This document shows positions 8,736-17,689 of a stretch of DNA of 64,000 nucleotides, piece after piece. The stretch is from an uncultured virus (IMG/VR IMGVR_UViG_3300042449_000787). Lineage: Duplodnaviria > Heunggongvirae > Uroviricota > Caudoviricetes. The stretch lies in IMG/VR virus record IMGVR_UViG_3300042449_000787; one strand, written 5' to 3'. The notes beneath the pieces are model-generated. The model was not told the DNA's origin and searched no databases. It was given only the letters and a program-made list of their open reading frames with translations. The position numbers were made by a program, and so were the translations under genes. Position 1 is the first letter of the stretch; each line of letters begins with the position of its first letter.

Positions 8736-9518
8736 ATGATTGATAGAATTACTGAACAGCCATTTTGCCAAACCCGTGTTAGTGGCAGTACTTTTGTAAA
8801 CGCTGATTGCTTTGATGTTTTTCCTTTTATTGAGGATAAATCAATAGATGCTATTATTTGCGATTTACCTTATGGAACAACCGCTTGTAAATGGGACAGT
8901 ATTTTACCTTTAGACAAACTTTGGAATGAGTATAAAAGGATAATAAAAGATAATTGCCCGATTGTTTTATTTGCTCAAATACCATTTGATAAAGTACTTG
9001 GTTGCTCTAATTTAGAATGGTTAAAATACGAATGGATTTGGGAAAAATCAAAAGCAAGTAATTTTTTACAAGCTAAATATATGCCGATGCGAGTACACGA
9101 AAATATTTTGATATTTTGCAATGGTAAGGCTAATTATTTCCCACAAAAAACAGAAGGTAAAGCATATAGAACAAGAAAAATAAATGAGAAACACGGCAAC
9201 CCTGATGCGTACAACAATATTCCTAATTATATGAATAGAGAGCCAATTGAGATGAATGGAAGACTACCAAGAACTGTTCAATATTTTAAAACGGCACATA
9301 CAGAAGGGAAGCTACACCCAACATTAAAACCTTTAGAACTTATGGAATACCTTGTAAAAACCTACACAAACGAAGGAGATATGGTTTTAGATAATACAAT
9401 GGGTTCGGGAACAACAAACTTGGCTTGTATAAAATTAAATCGCAAATCAATAGGGATAGAAAAGGAAAAAAAATATTACGATGTCGCTGTTCGGAGGGCT
9501 TCGGAGTATTGCCACTAA
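8736..9518 (+). CDS. beta-class N4-C/N6-A DNA methyltransferase
   Basis: CDLPYG, HPTLKP, DNTMGSG; N-terminus reads through a half hairpin site. Confidence 0.92.
   Translation: MIDRITEQPFCQTRVSGSTFVNADCFDVFPFIEDKSIDAIICDLPYGTTACKWDSILPLDKLWNEYKRIIKDNCPIVLFAQIPFDKVLGCSNLEWLKYEWIWEKSKASNFLQAKYMPMRVHENILIFCNGKANYFPQKTEGKAYRTRKINEKHGNPDAYNNIPNYMNREPIEMNGRLPRTVQYFKTAHTEGKLHPTLKPLELMEYLVKTYTNEGDMVLDNTMGSGTTNLACIKLNRKSIGIEKEKKYYDVAVRRASEYCH
8763..8784 (+). repeat. half attC-like site (right arm only)
   Basis: TTTTGCCAAACCCGTGTTA identical to 5541-5559 of site 2. Confidence 0.7.
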
Positions 9519-9552
9519 CTACCTGCTAACTGCATAAAATGTATTATAAAAT
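9516..9552 (+). repeat. non-palindromic attI-like site, copy 2
   Basis: TAACTACCTGCTAACTGCATAAAATGTATTATAAAAT. Confidence 0.6.
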
Positions 9553-9586
9553 CATAAAAAAACAAACTTAAAAAACTTAATTAAAA

Positions 9587-10456
9587 ATGAACCAAGAACT
9601 AAACAGAATTATCGACAATTCTTTAATTGAAAAATCAAAGTCAGATTACATTAAAGAAAAATTTGAATCGTTTACAGAAACGGCTTTAGAGTGGAATAAG
9701 AAAGCCAATGAGATATTAGTAACCGATGAAACTCAAACAGACCTTATGGCTTTAGCTAAAGAAGGTAGATTGATACTAAAATCAAAACGCATAGAGATTG
9801 AGAAAACAAGGAAATCGTTGAAGGAGCAGTCTTTAAATGAAGGTAGGTTAATAGATGGTATTGCAAAGCACTTGATGTCTATTGTAGAACCAGCAGAAAA
9901 GCATTTAGAAACTCAAGAGAGATTTTTAGAAATACAAGAGCAAAAAAGAAAAGCTGAACTAAAAGCAGAGCGTTACAAGCTTATGTTGCCTTATGCAGAA
10001 GTATTAGACCCTGAAACTTTGCAATTAGATATAATTACCGATGAAGCTTTTGCAGGTATTCTTAATTATGCTAAAACAACATTGGAAGCAAAGATTGAAT
10101 CCGATAGAATAGCCAAAGAGGAAAAAGAAGCTAAAGATAAAGCTGAAGCTCAAGAGATGGAAAATATACGATTGGAGAACATAAAGCTTCGAGAAGACGC
10201 TTTGTTTAAACAAAAAGAAGCTGATGACTTAAAAGCTAAAACAGATGCCGACCTAAAGGCTATTGCACAAGAGATGAAAAAGCAATCTGCGACTTTAAAG
10301 ACCATCATAAAAAAAGAGCAAGTAATTGTTGAGAATGTGGAAACGCTGAAAGAAAAACTGAATAGTGCAAAGACGACTATGCAAATTTGCTTAAACTATA
10401 TTATCCATGATGACATGAGGAGGATGATTGAGCAAACTCTAAAAGAGATAAATTAG
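9587..10456 (+). CDS. coiled-coil phage protein
   Basis: E/K/A-rich helical sequence. Confidence 0.7.
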   Translation: MNQELNRIIDNSLIEKSKSDYIKEKFESFTETALEWNKKANEILVTDETQTDLMALAKEGRLILKSKRIEIEKTRKSLKEQSLNEGRLIDGIAKHLMSIVEPAEKHLETQERFLEIQEQKRKAELKAERYKLMLPYAEVLDPETLQLDIITDEAFAGILNYAKTTLEAKIESDRIAKEEKEAKDKAEAQEMENIRLENIKLREDALFKQKEADDLKAKTDADLKAIAQEMKKQSATLKTIIKKEQVIVENVETLKEKLNSAKTTMQICLNYIIHDDMRRMIEQTLKEIN

Positions 10457-10484
10457 AAATAATATGAAATATTTTATATAATAT

Positions 10485-10514
10485 TTTGTATTACTAAAAT
10501 ATTTTATATATTTG
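10485..10514 (+). promoter_or_regulatory. Bacteroidota-type promoter (TTTG -33, TATATTTG -7)
   Basis: Consensus match upstream of 10546. Confidence 0.6.
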
Positions 10515-10545
10515 TAAAACAAAACTCAAACTTAATAACAACAAA

Positions 10546-11067
10546 ATGAAAAAAACAATTACCTCTGCTTTAGTATTATTATCAATTAGTACTTATTCTC
10601 AAATTAAAAAACCTTTTATTATTGAACACTGTAAAGACAAAATGACAGACAAGGAATATTACTTTTCTAGTAAAAAATTAATTTGCTCTAATCCAGAAAA
10701 AACAAAAGGATTTACAATTACTCCTAACTTTAAAAAAGTCGATAACGATATGGCAGAAAACGGATTAATTTTATCAAATGTTAATATTGGAAATTGTGAT
10801 GAAAAAGACCAATTAATATTTTTATTTGATGATGATTCTAAAATAACTTTAACTTCGTGGAATAAATTTAATTGCGAAGGAAATGCTTACTTTGATATGT
10901 CTGACGAACAATTTAACATTATAAGTTCTAAACTAATAAAAACAATTAGATTTGTCAATGGATATAAATACGAAACATTTACTTATAGTTTGGAAATTAG
11001 TCAAAAAGATTATTTTGTAAACGCATATTCTAATTATGAAATAAAAGAAGTAAATTGCAATAACTAG
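10546..11067 (+). CDS. secreted protein with signal peptide
   Basis: MKK-hydrophobic-TYS|Q Bacteroidota-type signal peptide. Confidence 0.7.
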   Translation: MKKTITSALVLLSISTYSQIKKPFIIEHCKDKMTDKEYYFSSKKLICSNPEKTKGFTITPNFKKVDNDMAENGLILSNVNIGNCDEKDQLIFLFDDDSKITLTSWNKFNCEGNAYFDMSDEQFNIISSKLIKTIRFVNGYKYETFTYSLEISQKDYFVNAYSNYEIKEVNCNN

Positions 11068-11233
11068 TTAATAATTTAAAAATAATGAACAGCTTATCTG
11101 ATTATTTTTTTAAAAAATATTTTCAATGCAAAAAGCATGATAAGACCTATTGGTTTAATATGTATCTAAAAGCATACTTTAAAGAACAAAAATTAAAATA
11201 AACAATAAACACTAACAACAAAAATTAAAAATT

Positions 11234-11503
11234 ATGGGAATTTTAGACTGCTTAAAATCAAAAAAAGAAACGGTAACCACTCCGACAAAAAAAACTACGA
11301 AACGTCAACAAGTGCTTAGTCATTTGAGAAAACATGGAAGTATTGATAGTTGGACTGCTATTGAACTTTACGGAGCAACACGACTATCTGCTATTATTTT
11401 TAACCTTCGTGCAAAAGGGCTTAAAATTGATTCTATTGGCTGTTCAGCCTTAGATAGAAATTCTAATGTGTGTAACTATACAACCTACAAACTTATATCC
11501 TAA
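11234..11503 (+). CDS. winged-HTH phage protein
   Basis: VLSHLRKHGSIDSWTAIELYGATRLSAIIFNLR pattern. Confidence 0.75.
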   Translation: MGILDCLKSKKETVTTPTKKTTKRQQVLSHLRKHGSIDSWTAIELYGATRLSAIIFNLRAKGLKIDSIGCSALDRNSNVCNYTTYKLIS

Positions 11504-11703
11504 TGGAATTTAAGATGCGAGCTAATCCAAAATGCAATCATACTGGTCAAGGTCTTTATATAATCGTTCATAACTATTCAAATTTAAACGAAGTTGGTAA
11601 TTATTATTATTCAGATAAAATATATACCGACAAGCACCACTATACTGAAACTTTAAACATGAACGCTATTGGTCGTTGGCTTCCTAAAACTATAAAAAAT
11701 TAA
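11503..11703 (+). CDS. hypothetical protein
   Basis: Coupled ORF (TAATG). Confidence 0.5.
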   Translation: MEFKMRANPKCNHTGQGLYIIVHNYSNLNEVGNYYYSDKIYTDKHHYTETLNMNAIGRWLPKTIKN

Positions 11704-11709
11704 AAAAAA

Positions 11710-11922
11710 ATGAACACAATTAAAACTCCTTCTTTTGAGGCTATTGACAATTTTTCTGAAATGTTATCCAAAAAAACAAACAAAACTTCTTATGAAGACA
11801 TAAAGAGAAAAGTGTCTAATTATTTAGTAAATAATGGCTCTTCTAAGTTTGTAAGTCTTTATAATGAATTGGTATCTAATAAAGATTACTCAAAAGCTCA
11901 TGAAGCTTTAAAAATAGAATAA
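11710..11922 (+). CDS. hypothetical protein
   Basis: ORF with A-rich leader. Confidence 0.55.
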   Translation: MNTIKTPSFEAIDNFSEMLSKKTNKTSYEDIKRKVSNYLVNNGSSKFVSLYNELVSNKDYSKAHEALKIE

Positions 11923-12036
11923 TGCAATGTTGTTTGCACGAACAAGACAAAGTAGCTGAAGTGCTATTCAACAAGTTTGGTAAAAAAACAGCAGTATTAA
12001 TTTGCTGTTTAAAATGTTGTTCACAAAAAAAAATAC

Positions 12037-12267
12037 ATGGAAAAAATAGAAATAGAGGTTACGAAATTATCTCAAATAATTTCATTGAGGGGAATGACCC
12101 AAAAAGATTTACAAAATCTAATTAAGAAAACTAACTATGGTAAATGTCCTGCTATGTATATTCTTAACTCCATTATTAATGGCAGAAAAACTAATTACAA
12201 TATAGATACATTAAGACCCATAAAAAAAGCACTAAACGTATCGTATGACGATTTAATTGACGACTAA
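12037..12267 (+). CDS. Cro/XRE-type HTH regulator
   Basis: RGMTQKDL...IINGR...TL..IKKALNVSYDDL. Confidence 0.7.
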   Translation: MEKIEIEVTKLSQIISLRGMTQKDLQNLIKKTNYGKCPAMYILNSIINGRKTNYNIDTLRPIKKALNVSYDDLIDD

Positions 12268-12910
12268 AATGGATGCTATACTTTTTATTCAAGACCTAAA
12301 CAAAAAAGGTAAGATTTATAAAGATGTTTGGCTTCACTTACTTTTGAAGTATGAAGAGAACAAGCCAATTTCATTTAACGTAAATGTTAAATTTAATGGG
12401 GTTTCTTCTAGTACCTATTATCGTATTGTAGATTATGGAATTTCTATATTTCCTAATTTCTTTAAGAATTGTAAAATAGAAAAATTAAGAGGGGAATTGG
12501 TTATAAGCAAAATTGACAACACAGTAGTTCAAATGCCTATACAACTAAAACCTAAAAGAGTTGTCAAACCCAAAATCGAAGTAGAAAAGCCATACGGTGC
12601 TTATGAGGAAATTATTAATTATTTGAATTTATGTACTGGTCAAAAATACAGAACAGATTCAAAAGTAACTATTTCTTTTATTGAACTTAGAATGAAAGAC
12701 GGGTATAATGTAGATGATTTTAAGCAAGTAATTTTGAATAAGTCAAAAGCATGGCTGAATACAAATATGCAAACATATTTAAAGCCACAAACTCTCTTTG
12801 GTAATAAATTCGAAGGATACCTTAATGAAGTTTCATTTGTAGAAAAAAATAAACAAGAACAAAACTATGACGCAGTTAGCCAAGCAACAGAACTCGGTTG
12901 GAATAATTAA
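12257..12910 (+). CDS. phage replication initiator-like protein with conserved C-terminal domain
   Basis: IINYLN..TG..Y, YLKPQTLFGNKFEGYLN motif. Confidence 0.75.
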   Translation: MTTKMDAILFIQDLNKKGKIYKDVWLHLLLKYEENKPISFNVNVKFNGVSSSTYYRIVDYGISIFPNFFKNCKIEKLRGELVISKIDNTVVQMPIQLKPKRVVKPKIEVEKPYGAYEEIINYLNLCTGQKYRTDSKVTISFIELRMKDGYNVDDFKQVILNKSKAWLNTNMQTYLKPQTLFGNKFEGYLNEVSFVEKNKQEQNYDAVSQATELGWNN

Positions 12911-13682
12911 ATCCTTACCCAATACGACTTCTAAAGAAATATCTTTATACAACGCATACCAAACCCACAAAAAGATAAAAGACTTCAATACAAAAGACGA
13001 ATTGCTATTGATGAGTAGCTTAATATTACGTTGGGCTAGTTATGTTGGTATTAAGAAGCCAGAGCCTTCTGAAATAAATACCATTGCGAACTACATAAGA
13101 GAAAACTTTCCTAATTTTAATGCTTATGATATTAATGAGTGCATTACTTTGTTAGTTAATGGCTCCCTAGATACCGATGCAGAACACTATGGTTCCTTGT
13201 CTGTAATATATTGTTCTAAAGTGATGAAGTCTTACCAATCTTATAGGGGTGAGATTATTTTTAAAGTTAGAGATAAGTTGCAAAAAATTGAGCAGGAAAA
13301 GGTTGTTGTTCCAACCGATGCAGAAAGGTTAAGAAACTTTAAGGAGCTGTTGATTTTTGCAAAGGAAAAGGTTTCAAAAAAAGAGGTGTATGATGACTTT
13401 GGAGATGTGCTATATTACTTCTTCTGGAAGAACAATCTAGTTGAAAAACCAATGCCAGAAAGTTTGATTAAAGATGCCATTTCTTATGGGGAAGAAAAGT
13501 TTAGAACTAAAGCTCAAAACGGTGCTTTGAAAAGCGTTATTAACGGTGTTGGATTTACCAAGTTAGTAAGGGAAGATATTGTTAAAAAAAGCGCACGGGA
13601 GTACACTATTAACTTATGGTTAACAAATGCTGATATAAACACTATTTTGAAAAAAATATCGATAGAAATGATTAAGTATTAA
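12867..13682 (+). CDS. hypothetical protein, possible helicase-loader-like partner of the initiator
   Basis: Position directly after the initiator; function inferred. Confidence 0.5.
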   Translation: MTQLAKQQNSVGIIKSLPNTTSKEISLYNAYQTHKKIKDFNTKDELLLMSSLILRWASYVGIKKPEPSEINTIANYIRENFPNFNAYDINECITLLVNGSLDTDAEHYGSLSVIYCSKVMKSYQSYRGEIIFKVRDKLQKIEQEKVVVPTDAERLRNFKELLIFAKEKVSKKEVYDDFGDVLYYFFWKNNLVEKPMPESLIKDAISYGEEKFRTKAQNGALKSVINGVGFTKLVREDIVKKSAREYTINLWLTNADINTILKKISIEMIKY

Positions 13683-13720
13683 AAATAATATTTAACTTTA
13701 CATTTAATATTTTTTAATAA

Positions 13721-14026
13721 ATGGTTGTAAATGGCAAGATAATGAGTATAGTCAACGTAACAGATAATGTTACGCAGATTGTTATTCGTATGAAAAAAGA
13801 CGATATTCATTTGCCAGTAGCCTTTGTTTGCTTCAATGATATAAAAGCTTTGATTACACAGATAAGAATTGAAAAGGGAGATTTTGTAAAAATAACCTAC
13901 TATCTTAAATCCAAAAAAATACAAGAGCATTATAGCACAAGTGCGGTAATCGAAAAGATAAGCATAACTCAAAAAGGAACCAAGCAATATTCAGTTAATA
14001 TGTTCACTGGAGAGATTTATGAATAA
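13721..14026 (+). CDS. OB-fold ssDNA-binding-like protein
   Basis: V.GKI, GDFVKITYYLKS beta pattern, TGEI tail. Confidence 0.5.
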   Translation: MVVNGKIMSIVNVTDNVTQIVIRMKKDDIHLPVAFVCFNDIKALITQIRIEKGDFVKITYYLKSKKIQEHYSTSAVIEKISITQKGTKQYSVNMFTGEIYE

Positions 14027-14057
14027 ATAAAAATTAACAACGATTAAAACCAAGAAA

Positions 14058-14519
14058 ATGAAATCTAAAAAACAAATCCAAAAAGAAATTCAAGAAATTG
14101 AAAAAAAAGTGTCTGCTGTTTGTGGAGATGAAAAAAAAAGAGTTCAAGTAAAAATCAGTGATAATGGACAAATTGTAAATGCTGAAACTGGCGAGAAACA
14201 TTTTCCAGAATTAGGGGAAGAAATAAAAAAACCTGCTAAAAAAATAAGAACGGTTGAAATTATGCTAAGCTACGGTGAGGATAATAAATCATTAAAAAAA
14301 CAGCTTAAAAAACAAGGGCTTAAATTCAACAAAGATGTGATTTATGGTGCTGAACTTACTAGAAAAATTATTTTATCTTTTCTAAATAATAATCTTATAT
14401 CTAATAAGCAAGCTAAAAAAGCGTTTGAGAAACTACATGACCAAATAAGCCAAGGTATAGCTGATTATAATTGCATTGATGGAGAAAAGGCTGTAAAAAG
14501 TAGTGTAGAATTTAAGTAA
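14058..14519 (+). CDS. hypothetical basic protein
   Basis: ORF track. Confidence 0.6.
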   Translation: MKSKKQIQKEIQEIEKKVSAVCGDEKKRVQVKISDNGQIVNAETGEKHFPELGEEIKKPAKKIRTVEIMLSYGEDNKSLKKQLKKQGLKFNKDVIYGAELTRKIILSFLNNNLISNKQAKKAFEKLHDQISQGIADYNCIDGEKAVKSSVEFK

Positions 14520-14670
14520 CCTATTTGCTATGGAAAATTACGATAACTACAAACTACAAACACCACCTGAAGAATTAGAAAATGAATGTCTTTATTGTGG
14601 AGAACCTTGCGACAAAACCTATTGCGACAAAAATTGTAAAAAAGCATACGAACAAGATAATTAAAAAACA

Positions 14671-15315
14671 ATGCAAATAAATCAAGAAATAAAACTAATA
14701 TTAGCTATACCCACACTAAACAGAGCAGACCTACTAAACGAAGCTTTAGAACAATATTTTGAAGACTTTAAAGATACCGATATTGCAATATGCGATAATG
14801 GAAAACAAGATATTATTACAAGGGAAGAAAACTTTATGATTTACAGACCAGAAGCTAATCTTGGGGTTGCTAGTAGTTGGAATATGCTAATGGATTATGC
14901 TGATAAAATTAAAGCTACTCATGTATTAATGCTAAACGATGATGTTATTCTAGGTAAAGCTGAACATGAAATAAAATTATTGATTAATAGCAATCCGAAT
15001 GTTGATTTTATAAACTCTATGCAGAATTGGTGTAGCTATATTTTAAAAGTAGATATGTGGAAGAAAGCAGGTAAGTTTGATGAAGAGTTTTTTCCAGCCT
15101 ATTTCGAAGACAATAGTTTTGATTACAAAATGAGTTTGAATAACGCTAGTAAAGTATGGACATCTTTTTTAAATCCTAAAGTGTATCGTAATTCAATGAC
15201 TATCGCCAAAAATCCCTTGTTAAATAATGGATTTGCAAAGAATAGAGCCTTATATGTGCAAATGTGGGGAGGATTGCCAACAGAAGAAGTTTATAAAACC
15301 AAATTTAATAAATAA
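14671..15315 (+). CDS. glycosyltransferase family 2-like
   Basis: IPTLNR, CDNG, NLGVASSWN, LNDD, FDEEFFPAYFED. Confidence 0.85.
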   Translation: MQINQEIKLILAIPTLNRADLLNEALEQYFEDFKDTDIAICDNGKQDIITREENFMIYRPEANLGVASSWNMLMDYADKIKATHVLMLNDDVILGKAEHEIKLLINSNPNVDFINSMQNWCSYILKVDMWKKAGKFDEEFFPAYFEDNSFDYKMSLNNASKVWTSFLNPKVYRNSMTIAKNPLLNNGFAKNRALYVQMWGGLPTEEVYKTKFNK

Positions 15316-15318
15316 ATC

Positions 15319-15996
15319 ATGGACGACTTAACCCCTTTTCAAAGCCAAAATACCACTAATGAAGAAATGAATTTTGTTTTTAATAATGGTATTACAAACT
15401 ACATACATCCAACTGCCGTAATAGGCGAAAATGTTAAGCTAGGAGAGAATAATTACATTGGAGCTTTCTGCTACATTACTGGAGACACTGTAATTGGAAA
15501 TAACAATAGATTTGAAGCTTTTTGTTCAGTTGGAACTGAACCAGAGCATAAGGCTTATTTTGGCAAACCAAACAAAGGGGTTATCATCGGTAACGGTAAT
15601 GTTTTTAGGGAGTACGTTACTATTAATGCAGGTTGTGAAACACCTACAAAAATTAACGATGACGTGCTTATGCTTAAAGGAAGTCATATAGGGCATGATT
15701 CAACTATAATGAGTAATTCTACTTTAGCTTGTAATGTTTTAATAGCAGGACATTCCCTTATCGGAAGGTATGTAAACATGGGGCTTGGAAGCGTGTGCCA
15801 TCAATATTCAAGAATAGGTAGCGGAAGCATGATTGGAATGGGAACTGTAATTACCAAAAAAGTAAACCCTAAATGCTTTGGGTTATACGTTGGAACACCG
15901 CCACGTTGCTTAAAGATGAACGAACATTTGATGAAGCAATTTACCGAAGAACAGATAAAGTGGATGTGCGATGAGTTTGACGATTTAAAATTCTAA
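15319..15996 (+). CDS. LpxA-like hexapeptide-repeat acyltransferase
   Basis: IHPTAVIG, IGNGNVFREYVTINAG, HIGHD, HQYSRIG. Confidence 0.85.
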   Translation: MDDLTPFQSQNTTNEEMNFVFNNGITNYIHPTAVIGENVKLGENNYIGAFCYITGDTVIGNNNRFEAFCSVGTEPEHKAYFGKPNKGVIIGNGNVFREYVTINAGCETPTKINDDVLMLKGSHIGHDSTIMSNSTLACNVLIAGHSLIGRYVNMGLGSVCHQYSRIGSGSMIGMGTVITKKVNPKCFGLYVGTPPRCLKMNEHLMKQFTEEQIKWMCDEFDDLKF

Positions 15997-16218
15997 AAAT
16001 TATGAAAATAGAAAATAAAGTTCCATACTATAAATGGTCTTACGGAAAGTTTATTTTAGTAGGGTATGTTGAAAAAGATTGAAATTTAAAATTATGACAC
16101 CAAAAGAAAAATACATAGGAGCTTTTTTAGACGGATATTTTATAGATAAAAAGTTTGCTCAATATAATTTTGAATACATAAGAGCATTAGAAGATGGAGA
16201 GAAAAAAGCCAAAAAGAA

Positions 16219-16425
16219 ATGGAAGCAATACAAAAAACAGAAACTATAACCATAGAACAACAAGCTAGAAACTTAGTAAATGAAATGGCTGTTCATCATT
16301 GGAATAATGGTCTTTGTAATTATGAGGGGGCTAAACAGTGTGCATTGATAGCGATTAGACTACTTATCCTTCAAAATGGAAGTAAGAATTGCTACGATTT
16401 AAAAAAAGAAATAGAGAAACTATGA
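16219..16425 (+). CDS. hypothetical phage protein
   Basis: AKQCALIA..EIEKL type small phage ORF. Confidence 0.55.
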   Translation: MEAIQKTETITIEQQARNLVNEMAVHHWNNGLCNYEGAKQCALIAIRLLILQNGSKNCYDLKKEIEKL

Positions 16426-16694
16426 AACTAAAAGACAAATTTAAAATAATAAATTGTAAAGATTGTGATATGCCATATTGTGATATTAAATGTACAATAT
16501 TAGCACCAAGTGAATTAATCAAGTTAGAAAAAGTAGCAGATGATTTTGCTATTGGATTTGCAGAGTGGTGTGCTGATAACTATTTTCGAATGGGCAATAC
16601 ATCATTTTGGGCAGAATCATTAGATTGGGATGCTGAAGATAAACTAACTACAAAAGAACTATTAGAAATCTATAAAAAAGAAAAAGGACTATGA
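16422..16694 (+). CDS. hypothetical phage protein
   Basis: ORF 16389..16694; ATGA-coupled start at 16422 likelier. Confidence 0.55.
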   Translation: MKLKDKFKIINCKDCDMPYCDIKCTILAPSELIKLEKVADDFAIGFAEWCADNYFRMGNTSFWAESLDWDAEDKLTTKELLEIYKKEKGL

Positions 16695-16824
16695 GTGAGC
16701 AATTTATAGAGGGTCTATGTGAATGGCTGAAAGAAAATAAAGGAATTACTAAAATAAATCTTGACGACTTAGTTAGTTATATTCCAGAATATGAAAAATA
16801 TTTAGAGCGTAAATAAAAAGGATT

Positions 16825-17028
16825 ATGAGTACAATATTATTTGAATGTGATGCTACGGAATATGAGGTAATTCCACCCAAAGAGAATATTACCAATTGTT
16901 TTGCTTTGAATGACCAAGCAGTTATAATTAATTTATTGGATAAAAACGAAAAAGTAATTACACAAACAGAAATTGACAAATCCGATGCTATTGAGTTAGC
17001 TAGGTTAATTTTATTAAAATACACATAA
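16825..17028 (+). CDS. hypothetical protein
   Basis: ORF track. Confidence 0.55.
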   Translation: MSTILFECDATEYEVIPPKENITNCFALNDQAVIINLLDKNEKVITQTEIDKSDAIELARLILLKYT

Positions 17029-17029
17029 C

Positions 17030-17656
17030 ATGAGATTAACATTATCAATGCCTTGCTATGGCAGACCTGAAAGAACTATAAGGTCAATAAATTGTATTGC
17101 AAACCAAAACATAAATGGATGGGAAGCTCTTGTAATAGGAGATGGTTGCCCAATAATGCAAGATTTTATAGATAGCAATTACTTTTCGGATATTCAGAAG
17201 GATTGCGAAGCAAGAGGAAACGATTTTTACATATCGAATAACCTCATCAACAAAGGAGGTCACGGTTACGATATTACCAATATAAACATTCAGTTAGCAA
17301 TGGGTAAGTACTTTGTTTTCTATGCTAATGACGATATAATCCTACCTAATCACTTTGAGAATTATTTGTCGCAAATAGAAGGTACTGATTTGGACTTTGT
17401 TTATTTTGACAGCTTTGTCGCACCAAGAAACGCTACGAGAGTTGCTGAGTTGCAATACGGAAGAATAGGTCATAGCGAATTAATTGTTAGAACTGATTTT
17501 TTAAGACAAATGCCACCGCATAACGAACACTACGGACACGATTGGGCATTAATACAAAGTATGATGCAAAATGGAAAAAATAAGAAAGCTTTAAATTGCC
17601 CACAAACTTATAGGGTAATGAGTTTATCTGATAATAGAGAAAAAGGAATAGATTAA
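17030..17656 (+). CDS. glycosyltransferase family 2-like
   Basis: MPCYGR, IGDGC, ANDD, GHDW. Confidence 0.8.
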   Translation: MRLTLSMPCYGRPERTIRSINCIANQNINGWEALVIGDGCPIMQDFIDSNYFSDIQKDCEARGNDFYISNNLINKGGHGYDITNINIQLAMGKYFVFYANDDIILPNHFENYLSQIEGTDLDFVYFDSFVAPRNATRVAELQYGRIGHSELIVRTDFLRQMPPHNEHYGHDWALIQSMMQNGKNKKALNCPQTYRVMSLSDNREKGID

Positions 17657-17689
17657 CCAAGTAAAAATTAACGACTAAAAATAAAAAAA

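Larger units (their letters stand above)
3363..9552 (+). mobile_element. integron-like gene-cassette array (attC-like hairpins, no integrase in window) carrying DNA methyltransferases
   Basis: Five full hairpin sites and one half site with TAAC/GTTA cores; each cassette's ends are mutually complementary over 14-15 nt. Confidence 0.8.
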
